From Promethearchaeota archaeon (lineage in GTDB: Archaea > Asgardarchaeota > Lokiarchaeia > Sigyniarchaeales > SOKP01): 64,000 nt of DNA. Each line of letters begins with the position of its first letter. Position 1 is the first letter of the stretch. The DNA is taken from positions 1 to 64,000 of the forward strand of contig JBHLNF010000006.1 in NCBI GenBank assembly GCA_048937405.1, written 5' to 3'. Position numbers and translations under genes: made by a program. This document shows positions 19,991-29,727 of the stretch, piece after piece. The notes below the pieces were generated by a model. It was given only the letters and a program-made list of their open reading frames with translations, was not told the origin of the DNA and ran no database searches.

Positions 19991-20632
19991 TTAGATAAAA
20001 ACTTTCTTTTGCAATCTTACATATTCCTTATATTCCAAAAACTCTTCCTCAACATATTCAAAAGCAATATCAAATAATTGTCTCAACAATTCCTCAGGAA
20101 AAGCTTTTTGTTTGAAAATAACTTCATTTACCAATTCTTCAGTAAGAATTTGAGAATTGATTGGCTGGTTACCTAATAAAAAACGCATCATTGCTTTATC
20201 TACTTTAGATTTAATGAGATTTTTTATAAATTTTAGGCTAATATCTCGCTTAGGATCGATAAAATATGGGAAATTCATATCATCCAAGATTTTAATGTAA
20301 TTTAAAGATTCTGTTATTCTATCAACGCAATAATCTAACGCACTTATTGGGAGTCCAAATTTTCCACAGAAAGTTTTTTTGGTTTCATGAACAGGAAAGG
20401 CAAAAGGATGTCTTGAAATAATATAATAAGCCGCAATAAAGAATTTATATAAATTATGCGGAACTTTTCCATTATTTCTTAAATACTTATAGACTACTGA
20501 AACCGTATCTAATAAGTAGTTATGATTAATATCAAATTGTTGTAAAAATTCCTGACCATCCTTTATTATATCAATTGTAATGCGTTCTCTGGTATTAATT
20601 TCTTCATATTGTGGGATATAGAGTTCTAACAT
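19991..20632 (-). CDS. Cyclin-fold / TFB-repeat-like protein
   Basis: FFIAAYYIISRHP....TKKTFCGKFGLPISALDYCVDRI resembles the TFIIB/cyclin repeat (AAxxYxxxR..T..e...fgv...l); no Zn ribbon; ATG at 20632. Confidence 0.5.
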   Translation of the reverse strand: MLELYIPQYEEINTRERITIDIIKDGQEFLQQFDINHNYLLDTVSVVYKYLRNNGKVPHNLYKFFIAAYYIISRHPFAFPVHETKKTFCGKFGLPISALDYCVDRITESLNYIKILDDMNFPYFIDPKRDISLKFIKNLIKSKVDKAMMRFLLGNQPINSQILTEELVNEVIFKQKAFPEELLRQLFDIAFEYVEEEFLEYKEYVRLQKKVFI

Positions 20633-20648
20633 CTTACACACACTAGGT

Positions 20649-20781
20649 TATAATATTCAAATGATATACTAATGGTATATGAATATTATATGATCCTCTT
20701 CATTTATAAATCTACGCATCTTCAGTGATGCATTAGATGATCATTTGTGCAAACATTTAAATATAGAAAAAAAATGATCAT
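20649..20781. promoter_or_regulatory. Divergent promoter region with several palindromic operator-like elements
   Basis: 11-bp inverted repeat TATAATATTCA/TGAATATTATA (20649-59/20680-90); GCATC-N6-GATGC (20716-31); ATGATCAT at 20737 and 20774 flanking TTTAAATA (20756-63). Confidence 0.5.
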
Positions 20782-20817
20782 AATAAGCATTAAGATTTTG
20801 TTAGTGAGACTAAAAAA

Positions 20818-21243
20818 ATGCCATCAGAAACAAAAAAATCATCAGATTTATCTAGAATCACTTTCAGTCTAGATGCTTTTGATGAGAGAGTAATTAATCT
20901 GATGGCAGAAAAGAGAAGACAATCTCGTTCAGAGACCGTTCGAAATTTAATACATAATTGGATTGAAAGCAATCCAAATTTATTAAAAAGTAATTATGAT
21001 ATTGATTTAAATGATATTACTCGAGAAATCGAGATAACTGATTATGATCAAGTTATTCAAAGTTCAATTCAGAGGCTAATAAAGTATTCAGAATTATTTA
21101 ATGAAATTGAATTTGATATTTTAGCAGAACAATTAGAAATTAGTAAAAAAATCCTGAGGGATATTATATTTGAACATAAAAATAAATTAGAGAAATTTGG
21201 TATTAAACTCAGAATCCGAGGAAAGTTAATTATAAAAGAATAA
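20818..21243 (+). CDS. Ribbon-helix-helix regulator with a C-terminal winged-helix-like domain
   Basis: RITFSLD..ERVINLMAEKRRQSRSETVRNLIHNWI is a CopG/RHH pattern; C-terminal EIEFDILAEQLEISKK is HTH-like. Confidence 0.75.
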   Translation: MPSETKKSSDLSRITFSLDAFDERVINLMAEKRRQSRSETVRNLIHNWIESNPNLLKSNYDIDLNDITREIEITDYDQVIQSSIQRLIKYSELFNEIEFDILAEQLEISKKILRDIIFEHKNKLEKFGIKLRIRGKLIIKE

Positions 21244-21257
21244 AAAGTGATGAATAT

Positions 21258-21473
21258 TTGAGTATAGGGAATGTAAATAGATTCCATCATGAAAATATTA
21301 ATGGAGCATATAATACAATTAGTTTTAATATTTCTGAAATCGTTATTCCTTTTTCACGATTATTCAATAAATGTGAATCTGCAGATATATATTCAGGAAT
21401 AGAAAGAATTCCGTTTAAAGAAAGAAATGCAGAATATAGGACTATTTTACAACAAGAATTCATTGGATATTAG
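21258..21473 (+). CDS. Micro-protein, member 1 of an uncharacterised 'IPFS-DIYxG-EF' family
   Basis: Aligns without gaps to 25754, 26118 and 26530; TTG start 14 bp after the RHH stop. Confidence 0.75.
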   Translation: MSIGNVNRFHHENINGAYNTISFNISEIVIPFSRLFNKCESADIYSGIERIPFKERNAEYRTILQQEFIGY

Positions 21474-21536
21474 TGATTCATTTTATAATAGAAACTAGAC
21501 TATCCATTTTTCCAATAAAATTTTGAATTATAGTTG

Positions 21537-22013
21537 TTACTTTCTTCTATTAAATTTTCTTATTTCGTTTTTAAAAGTAGGGGAAGTTGTGATGTCCATA
21601 TTAGAAAGTCTTTCGTTTATAAATTCTATTTGTTCATTAGACAGAAAGTCACTAACATTCATTACTTTTGGCTGATATTCGACAATTTCATCAGCAACCA
21701 TTTTATGGCATAAAAGAGAAGCTGAAAATAATACTTGAGCAGTAAATCTGAAAACTGTCCAACCATTATCGATTAAGAACTTAGTTTTTCTTAAATCACT
21801 TTTCTTTTGATCAGGTGTTTTATAATCTAATTGGATATTATCACATTCGATGGCGATTTTATATTTTTCAATGGCAAAATCAACTGTATATTGACCAATA
21901 TTTACGTTAGCTTCATATAAATCTAATAAATTATTTGGAGCACCATCTACAAAGGATTCTTCATATTTTGATTTACAGGATTGCTTTAAATATTCTTTTC
22001 TCGATGTTGTCAA
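21537..22013 (-). CDS. DUF559/Vsr-like endonuclease-fold protein
   Basis: IGQYTVDFAI..KIAIECD...D..K..FL..GWTVFRF. Confidence 0.75.
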   Translation of the reverse strand: MTTSRKEYLKQSCKSKYEESFVDGAPNNLLDLYEANVNIGQYTVDFAIEKYKIAIECDNIQLDYKTPDQKKSDLRKTKFLIDNGWTVFRFTAQVLFSASLLCHKMVADEIVEYQPKVMNVSDFLSNEQIEFINERLSNMDITTSPTFKNEIRKFNRRK

Positions 22014-22398
22014 GATTAATTACACCTATAATGTTAATAGTTTAAATATATAAAAAAAACTTTTTAGTTTTATGGAGAATCCCTAGCCTTTATAATTTTG
22101 AATTTTAATAGGATTTATTAAAACACACAGAATTTCTCAATATAAAATTAATAATAGGTTTTTGGAATATATAGAATTAAAGGATAATAAAATAGATCCG
22201 GGAAGCAATTAAAGAAGCTTATATTCTAATTTACTGTGATTTTTTTTCTGTATCATTATCGCGATTATAACAATTAAGGACAAATATTTAAATTTCAAGA
22301 CTATTATAATAAAGTCAGTTTTTTTAATTTGAATCTTGTTGGTTGAGAATTAGGAAAAAAATACACAATATTTTTTAATTATTTGATAAATATCAGTA

Positions 22399-23973
22399 GT
22401 GGTTATTATGAATATTAAAAGAAGGATGAGGAATGGTTATATTATTTTAATTGGATTATGTATATTTCTCGGGATTGCAAGTTTGGTTCAAATTTATACT
22501 TTAAATTCCACCATTGACGATTTAACAAATAATAAATTACAGTCAAATATTTATTCTAATAATATTAAATATCATACCGAGAAAATTATCCGATCTATTT
22601 TTAATTATGAGAGTGGAGATACTAATTTAAGAACAAGTTATAATAGTTCATATGAAGAAATTTTAGAATCTCTAATTATTTTAGAGGAATTAAACTCCCA
22701 CTTGAAGTCTTACATATCCGCCCTTAGCTCCTATATTAATTCAATTAATACACTTGCGACTGATGAAACCACTGGACTTTTTATTTTAGTAGATGAATCC
22801 TCTATTTATTTATCTCAAATCGAGAATAATATAGAGAGTTATGAATTAGACATAATTGATCTAACAACACAACAAACTAATCTGACTTTAGCAATTAATG
22901 CAGCAGAATTAAATTACTTAGTAAATTCTCAATATCTTTTAATTAACTATTATCGTAATGAAACAGATGGATTAGTAAGAGATGAATTGGAATTAGAGTT
23001 TATCGATCTTGGAACAGATATTAAAGATAATCTACAATCAATAATAGATAGCCCATATGTGCAAAATAAGACACTTGCAAATGCGATTAAAAGCTGGTAT
23101 ATTAATACTTTTGAACCATTAGTTTTAAATGAAAATGGATTATTTGATACACTTAATTCTCTTATATCAAGAGAGGAGACGCTTAAAGATTTTGATACTC
23201 CAATATCTATTCTCATTAATCAAATATATACTGATATTGAAAGTGATGTTGCTAATAGTATTAAAGACTCAACAATAACAATAATTATTTCATATATCAT
23301 AGTCATTATTTCAATCGTATTGGCAGTAGGGATCAGTATTGCTATTGCAGTCCCTACTACAAAAGGAATTGTTAAAGTAAATAAGTCAATGGAAAATATT
23401 TTAAAGACTGGTGCTAATGCCGTTATTGATGTTGCAAATATGGCAAGTGAATTAGCAGGGAGTGCAAGTGAAGTTAATGCTTCAGCAGAAGAAGTCTCAG
23501 CTTCAACTGAACAAGTAACAAGAGAGATTATGGAAATATTAGATTCATCAGATGAAATTAAAAAAGTAACAGAGATGATCATAGATATTTCAGAGCAAAC
23601 TTATCTATTATCGTTGAACGCAAGAATAGAATCGGGGAGAGCTGGAGAATATGGAAAAGGATTTGCTGTGGTTGCTGATCAAGTTAGAAGACTTGCAGAG
23701 GGGATAAAAGAATCAATTAAAAATACTAAGACTATAATTGATGAGATTATAAATAAAATTAGAAAAACCACACATTCAATGGAAGAAATAAGTGCTGCTT
23801 CAGAGGAACAAACTGTTACAATGGAAGAAGTAAGCACCACTGCCAACAAACTTGATAATCTAGCTGAAGAATTGAAAAACCAATTAACAAAACAGGATAC
23901 AATCCTCAAAGAAGGAAAAAAAAAGCCAAAAAAATTAACTATCAAAAAGAAAATAACTAAGAAAAAAATTTAG
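22399..23973 (+). CDS. Methyl-accepting chemotaxis-like receptor
   Basis: Two TMs around an extracellular domain; ISEQTYLLSLNARIESGRAGEYGKGFAVVADQVRRLA signalling hairpin. Confidence 0.92.
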   Translation: MVIMNIKRRMRNGYIILIGLCIFLGIASLVQIYTLNSTIDDLTNNKLQSNIYSNNIKYHTEKIIRSIFNYESGDTNLRTSYNSSYEEILESLIILEELNSHLKSYISALSSYINSINTLATDETTGLFILVDESSIYLSQIENNIESYELDIIDLTTQQTNLTLAINAAELNYLVNSQYLLINYYRNETDGLVRDELELEFIDLGTDIKDNLQSIIDSPYVQNKTLANAIKSWYINTFEPLVLNENGLFDTLNSLISREETLKDFDTPISILINQIYTDIESDVANSIKDSTITIIISYIIVIISIVLAVGISIAIAVPTTKGIVKVNKSMENILKTGANAVIDVANMASELAGSASEVNASAEEVSASTEQVTREIMEILDSSDEIKKVTEMIIDISEQTYLLSLNARIESGRAGEYGKGFAVVADQVRRLAEGIKESIKNTKTIIDEIINKIRKTTHSMEEISAASEEQTVTMEEVSTTANKLDNLAEELKNQLTKQDTILKEGKKKPKKLTIKKKITKKKI

Positions 23974-24131
23974 AATCAATCTTTTTTTTAAAATCAGAGA
24001 AAGTCCAATTCAGATTTTCTTTGTAATTGAGATTAATTGCGCATAAAGTATATAATAGTTATTCTCAATATAGAAAAACTTTTTAATCTAATGTAATATA
24101 TCATTAACTCATAAATTAAATCTATTTTTAT

Positions 24132-25544
24132 GTGATTAAAACGTCAAAAGAAGAAAATAATCTAAGTTCATTTAGTGAAATTCTTAATGGTGAAGAAATT
24201 GAATATGAAACAACTACTTCCAAGCGTAATGTATTTTTTTGGGCAATGTATGATCTCGCAAACACTATTTATTCCATGGTAATCGTTAGTTTAATTATAA
24301 ATCGTTATGTTCTGGTGATTGGTCAATTAGAAAACGGATTATCCTATGGTACAGCTAGTTTTTTATATGGTACAGTAAGTTTCTTAATGCAACTTGGAGT
24401 TGCTGTATGTGTTCCCATATTAGGAGCCTTTAGTGATAATATAGGGAAAAGAAAGCCTTTTGTTGTAAGTTTAACCGGTATTATTCTTCTTTTTGCCAGT
24501 TTACTTGGCTTTTTCCATGATCTTACAATGGTTCTGGCATTCTATGTTATTGCAAACATAGCTTATCAATTTAGTTTAACTTTTTATGATGCAATGCTTC
24601 CATTTATAGCTAAAAGAGAGGACATTGGTAAGGTTGCTGGATTTGGGGTTGCATGGGGCTACTTAGGTACCATTCTTGCTCTCGTTATAATGTATCCCCT
24701 AATAATATTATTAGGTGATACTGTATCAACTCCACCAGTACTACCTGAAGATGACCCAATACAATATGGATTTTCTGGATACTGGTTTACATTTGTTATA
24801 CCCATGATTCTATTTTTAGTATGCACAATTCCATTCCTTTATGTTCGAGAAAAACAGAAAAAAGTTCAAAGACCACCTATAAATAAGTTAATAAAAAATA
24901 CTTTCAAACAATTAGGTAATACTTTTAAAGATATTCGAAAACATAAATCAATGTTTATATTTATCATTGGTTACTTTTTTGTTGCTGATATTGCTAACGT
25001 TATTGTTCTCTATATGACACCAATAGTAACTGATGGATTACGTATTGCTGGTGGAACACTATTTGCTATACTTTTTATTATTATTGCTACTATTTCTGCC
25101 GTTACTTTCACATACTTTGTTGGAAAGTTTGGCGATAGATATGGTGCAAAAAGGACTTTTTACCTTGTAGGCGCTTTTTGGGGGATTTCATTAACAATTG
25201 GTATTGTTTTAATATTCACAACGCAATCCATTGATATTGGTGCGAATCTTCCCTTTATATTAAGTCTCATTATGGGTATTGTAGCAGGTCCAGCTTTAGG
25301 AGGAACTTGGGTAGCACAACGAATTATGGTAATAGAACTTGCTCCCAAAGAAAAATTTGGAGAATTTTTTGGTTTTTCTAAACTAAGTGGGAAATTTTCT
25401 TCAGCATTAGGTCCATTTGTTTGGGGAACAGTTATGCTTTCATATGATATTATAGGTAAAGTTGCATTTGGTTGGGCAATGATATCTGTTGGTATTATAA
25501 TGGGAATCGGAATATTGATTATATCCTTTATAAAGAATGAATAA
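24132..25544 (+). CDS. MFS transporter, UMF1/Atg22-like
   Basis: WAMYDLAN, PILGAFSD..GKRK, FYDAMLP, GYLG, EFFGF..GK....GP. Confidence 0.88.
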   Translation: MIKTSKEENNLSSFSEILNGEEIEYETTTSKRNVFFWAMYDLANTIYSMVIVSLIINRYVLVIGQLENGLSYGTASFLYGTVSFLMQLGVAVCVPILGAFSDNIGKRKPFVVSLTGIILLFASLLGFFHDLTMVLAFYVIANIAYQFSLTFYDAMLPFIAKREDIGKVAGFGVAWGYLGTILALVIMYPLIILLGDTVSTPPVLPEDDPIQYGFSGYWFTFVIPMILFLVCTIPFLYVREKQKKVQRPPINKLIKNTFKQLGNTFKDIRKHKSMFIFIIGYFFVADIANVIVLYMTPIVTDGLRIAGGTLFAILFIIIATISAVTFTYFVGKFGDRYGAKRTFYLVGAFWGISLTIGIVLIFTTQSIDIGANLPFILSLIMGIVAGPALGGTWVAQRIMVIELAPKEKFGEFFGFSKLSGKFSSALGPFVWGTVMLSYDIIGKVAFGWAMISVGIIMGIGILIISFIKNE

Positions 25545-25753
25545 TCGATAAAATACTAATTATCATTTCTTTTTTTTTTATATACATTTAAGTCAATTTC
25601 TTTATGATTTCCTTTTTTTCATAAAATAAATCAGAATTTCAAGGCTTTTTATATATAAACCTTTCGTTTACTATCGATTTAAATATTTAAGATTTATACA
25701 ATAGGTAAGAAGTATGAATTAATGATAAAACTTACAATTTTGGATAAAGTAAT

Positions 25754-25966
25754 ATGGTTGTAGACAATTATAATAAAAAATGGCAAGAATTTTTTAATTT
25801 ATCAGAAAACCATCCATTTTTTGATATATCACACATCTCAATTCCTTTTTCTGCAATTAAAGATTCCATAAAGCCACAAGATATTTATGTGGGGCACGAG
25901 AAAATTTGTTTCAAGGATAGGCTTCAAGATTATAAAAAAATCTTTATCCAAGAATTTTTAACCTAA
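25754..25966 (+). CDS. Micro-protein, family member 2
   Basis: ISHISIPFS..PQDIYVG..ICFKD..YKKIFIQEFL aligns with the other members. Confidence 0.75.
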   Translation: MVVDNYNKKWQEFFNLSENHPFFDISHISIPFSAIKDSIKPQDIYVGHEKICFKDRLQDYKKIFIQEFLT

Positions 25967-26117
25967 TTGAAGGAATTTATCTACTTTTAGAATATTAATG
26001 GCTTATATAACGAAGAAGAGATTTTCCTTGAAAAAGCAATTAATTTTTTAAAAAAACCATTCAGTTTTTATATTTAGAATTAAATAATCCATAAAGGAGA
26101 TCAACTCTTGATGGATT

Positions 26118-26429
26118 GTGAATACACTTACAGTTGAGAAAAAAGTCATAAAATATTTAGAGAATATATTAAAGCCAGAAATTCTATTTGATAAAAGAAT
26201 TCTTCAAAGAAAGAAATTCATATTATTAACTAAGCTTGTAACAAAATTATTCTCTAATAAAAATTCGAAAGTATACTTCAAAAACATTTCAAATTTGATA
26301 ATACTAGTTTTAAATATGTATAATGAAAAATATCCAATCGATATTTTTTCAAAATCAGAAGATGATGCTCTAAAAAATGATAAATTAAAATATAAACATA
26401 TTTTGAAAGAAGAATTCCTTTTAAAATAG
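26118..26429 (+). CDS. Micro-protein, family member 3 (divergent, N-terminally extended)
   Basis: ISNLIIL..PIDIFS..YKHILKEEFL keeps identical motif spacing. Confidence 0.65.
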   Translation: MNTLTVEKKVIKYLENILKPEILFDKRILQRKKFILLTKLVTKLFSNKNSKVYFKNISNLIILVLNMYNEKYPIDIFSKSEDDALKNDKLKYKHILKEEFLLK

Positions 26430-26529
26430 TGAATTAAATAGGAATTAATCACTAATTTTGTCGGGTCTTTTAATTTAAGTAGATTAAATTTTATTGAAAT
26501 ATTAAATAGTATTCAATGTGAGATAAAAA

Positions 26530-26748
26530 ATGGGATTAGAGGTAGAAAATAAAAATTATTATGAGTTTTTTGATGAAATTAATGTTCAAGAAGAAACATC
26601 AAATATAGCCTATTTAATTATCCCTTTCTCGACGTTGTTTAAAAATGAGAATCCCCCAGATATATATACTGGCAAGCTAGCCATTCCATTCCAAGAAAAA
26701 GATTCCGAATTTCAGCAAATTTTGATGAATGAATTTCTAGTAAAATAG
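26530..26748 (+). CDS. Micro-protein, family member 4
   Basis: IAYLIIPFSTLF..PPDIYTG..IPFQE..FQQILMNEFL. Confidence 0.75.
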   Translation: MGLEVENKNYYEFFDEINVQEETSNIAYLIIPFSTLFKNENPPDIYTGKLAIPFQEKDSEFQQILMNEFLVK

Positions 26749-26808
26749 TTCCTTTTTATTAATTTAAAACCATTAGAAATTATTAAATTCAAGTTAAAGA
26801 CATTCTTT

Positions 26809-27135
26809 TTATTTAGCAATCGGAATGGGTTTATTTGGAAACAAAAATACATTTTGACACATAGGACATGCATTATAGTTTTGAAGCCAAGAAGATACAC
26901 ATCTAAAATGATAAGTACTTCCACAAAATGAACATTTAATTGTTTTATATTTATCTGGATCAATTTTTATATGACAAATTGTACATTGTACTTGCGTTAT
27001 TGATTTTTCTTTTTCATTTTTTAACTTTTTACCACAAAAACAACAATATTTTATTTTATCTTTATTAAACTCAGATAGTTTCCTCCCACAATAAGGACAG
27101 AAATTTAAAATTTTTTCAGACAAATCCATTTTCAC
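26809..27135 (-). CDS. Zinc-ribbon plus C4HC3 RING-type finger protein (candidate ubiquitin E3)
   Basis: CPYCG...CCFCG, then CTIC-x13-CSFC-x4-H-x2-C-x3-WL-x5-CPMC. Confidence 0.8.
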   Translation of the reverse strand: MKMDLSEKILNFCPYCGRKLSEFNKDKIKYCCFCGKKLKNEKEKSITQVQCTICHIKIDPDKYKTIKCSFCGSTYHFRCVSSWLQNYNACPMCQNVFLFPNKPIPIAK

Positions 27136-27220
27136 TATAAATTTTGATTTTTCTCTGATTAATTTAAGATAATTATCATAAAAAAAAGATCTTTAGTCCA
27201 ATTTTTAAATAATCTACCTT

Positions 27221-28519
27221 TTATTCATGAAAAAAATTTAACAAGAGCCAAATTTCAAAAAGAATGCCTATAATTGTAATGATAAATGGGGCTAAATAAC
27301 TAACACTTTCAATGAGAAATGCTCCAATAATACCTGTAGGTAGAATTCCAATTCCCTGAAAAAAGCCTAAAATCCCATAAGATTCAGCTTTTCTGGTTTC
27401 ATCTAAATCAGTTATGATCATTTGCGAGGCACTAATGAATGTAGAAGCTACTATTCCACGCAAAATAGCACCAATACTGAGCAATGGAATCAAGAATACA
27501 CCAAATCCATTTGACCAGAGTATAAAAGCTAGAATTAGGAGAGAAATGTATCCTAAACCAAAAAGTTCACTTATAATTAGAGTTTGCTTTTTCCCTATTT
27601 TATCTGCTAGATGTCCTCCAGGAATGTGAAATATAATACTAGATATACTAAAACTAATTGATAAAAGAGCAAAATATTTATATGTCAAATTATATTGAAA
27701 TACCAATCCTGCAAAATAAATCGACAAGGAAATATTATATACTAATACATCCAATGTAAAAAAAGTTATCATTGCCTTATTTTTAGGAGTTTTAAAAATA
27801 TTACTCCATAAGCTTTTTTCACTATGAGGATTTCTAAAAGAAGCTCTTGGATTTTTGGTTTCATTATTCAATGGATTAGAGATACAAAAAATCGTAATGA
27901 TATAATTAACCAAACAAAAAATTATAAAAATCACAAAATAAATGCGAACTTCTTTTACAATATCAAGCATTACAAATATTTGACCACATACTCCTCCAAC
28001 ATTTATACCAAAAAACATTAAGCCAAACATTAAACCCTTTTTCGATATCTTACTACTTTCAGAAATAAAAATAACAAAACTAATATCTCCGAAAACATAG
28101 CTTATATAGAAAAAAAATATTCCTATAACCAAAAATATAAGATTTTTGGCAATTATTAGTAGAATCAATCCAATAACTGCGAAAGGAACATCAAATAACC
28201 ATATTATTTTACGATTGAAGCGATCAGATAATTTTCCAATCCATGGTTTTGGAAAAAACATTAACATCCCTCCGAGGCTTATAAGAATTCCTGTGATAAA
28301 GAGTGAACCTGTAACTTCCAGTAAGAATGGTTGATAAACTAAAAAAAATGGACTTGAACTAAATCCATAGATAAGTGCTATAAAAAACAATGCCCAGAGA
28401 TTCCTACGATTTGAATTTTCTGCTCCTTTTATATTATTATCTATATAATTAACTTTTTTAATCTGTTCTAAATCCTCTTGAAGATTTAATTTCATGTTAT
28501 TCATTATTTTTTTTATCAA
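27221..28519 (-). CDS. MFS transporter
   Basis: About 12 TMs; GKLSDRFNRK and GHLADKIGKK loop motifs. Confidence 0.88.
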   Translation of the reverse strand: MIKKIMNNMKLNLQEDLEQIKKVNYIDNNIKGAENSNRRNLWALFFIALIYGFSSSPFFLVYQPFLLEVTGSLFITGILISLGGMLMFFPKPWIGKLSDRFNRKIIWLFDVPFAVIGLILLIIAKNLIFLVIGIFFFYISYVFGDISFVIFISESSKISKKGLMFGLMFFGINVGGVCGQIFVMLDIVKEVRIYFVIFIIFCLVNYIITIFCISNPLNNETKNPRASFRNPHSEKSLWSNIFKTPKNKAMITFFTLDVLVYNISLSIYFAGLVFQYNLTYKYFALLSISFSISSIIFHIPGGHLADKIGKKQTLIISELFGLGYISLLILAFILWSNGFGVFLIPLLSIGAILRGIVASTFISASQMIITDLDETRKAESYGILGFFQGIGILPTGIIGAFLIESVSYLAPFIITIIGILFEIWLLLNFFHE

Positions 28520-28902
28520 TTTTTTAATTCTTACTTTAATTCTCCCAAAATTGATCTAATAGAGCCCAACTAATCTGGCTATATGTACTGAAAAGTTTCT
28601 TTCCCTACTTCTGAAAATTCAGTTTATAGCAGATTATTATCTATTTTTGAAGTAAGTCAATGTTTAAGATAAGAGATAGGTTCATAGCAATAATCTATTA
28701 TTAAAACAGCTAAAATTAGTACTTAGAAAAAAAGTTTAATTCAAAAAAGACAATCGCTATAAACTTATTCCATTTTTAATCACTATATATATTAGCACAT
28801 CTTAAATATTTAAATTTTTTGAAATTAATTGGATTTTTTAAAGAAGAAAAGAATATTTAGTTCCATTTAATCCAATTATTATTAATTAATATGAACAGAT
28901 TG

Positions 28903-29691
28903 TTATTTGTATTTTTGAATAAATTCTTTCAATGGAATAGTATATTCCTCTCTATATGAAAAAATATTATTATGTCCAGCTCCTTCAATTAAAACTAATT
29001 TTTTCTCAACTCCATCAGGAATATTTTCGTATATAAGTTTCCCTTCATCACAAGGAATAATCCAATCCTGAGTACCATGAATAACCAATACTGGTTTTTG
29101 AAACTTTCGAAGTCTTGTATCATTTGAATATTCATTTAATCCCTTAGGTGTTATATCTGGTCCATTAACTCGGAATAATCTTGTCATTATATTATACATA
29201 CTTGCGAAACCGCTTTCAAATATTATTCCTCGTAAACTACTCGGATTGTGAGCACCTATTTCTGCAACACAAGTACTACCAAGGGAACGGCCTAAGAGAA
29301 ATATTGAGTTATTCAAATTATTTGATATAATCCATTTATAAAATTTATTATAAATTGGGAAGGCATCTGAAATTAGACTACTATAAATAGGTTCTCCTGT
29401 ACTAAAACCATACCCTCGGAAATCAACAATTCCTAAATTTACACCACATCCAAAAAAAAAATCTAAGAAATATTGATAGTCAGCTGCAATTTCTCCATTT
29501 CCATGGAATAATAAAATATTCGGAAGGTCTGGTTTATTCAGGTAAAAGAAGCCACCAATGACTATTTTTTTGCTAATCTCAAATTTCAATACTCTAATAT
29601 TTGAATCAACTTCAAATGGTTCAGGAATTTTACGAGGGAAAAATACTTGATTTGAAACTATTGGATTATCAATAAATGATTTTTTTACCAT
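28903..29691 (-). CDS. Alpha/beta hydrolase (ABHD13/17-like family)
   Basis: FHGNGE, DFRGYGFSTG, GRSLG nucleophile elbow, IHGTQD, GAGHN. Confidence 0.9.
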   Translation of the reverse strand: MVKKSFIDNPIVSNQVFFPRKIPEPFEVDSNIRVLKFEISKKIVIGGFFYLNKPDLPNILLFHGNGEIAADYQYFLDFFFGCGVNLGIVDFRGYGFSTGEPIYSSLISDAFPIYNKFYKWIISNNLNNSIFLLGRSLGSTCVAEIGAHNPSSLRGIIFESGFASMYNIMTRLFRVNGPDITPKGLNEYSNDTRLRKFQKPVLVIHGTQDWIIPCDEGKLIYENIPDGVEKKLVLIEGAGHNNIFSYREEYTIPLKEFIQKYK

Positions 29692-29727
29692 TTTAGAAAA
29701 CCTATCATACTACTTTTGGAAGTTAGT

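Noticed and set aside
20818-21473. Classical type II toxin-antitoxin pair (RHH + small gene)
   Set aside because: The small protein shows no RelE/VapC/HicA features and three paralogues occur without an antitoxin.
25754-26748. CRISPR array or nucleotide-level tandem repeat
   Set aside because: Similarity is only at protein level; there are no identical spaced DNA repeats.
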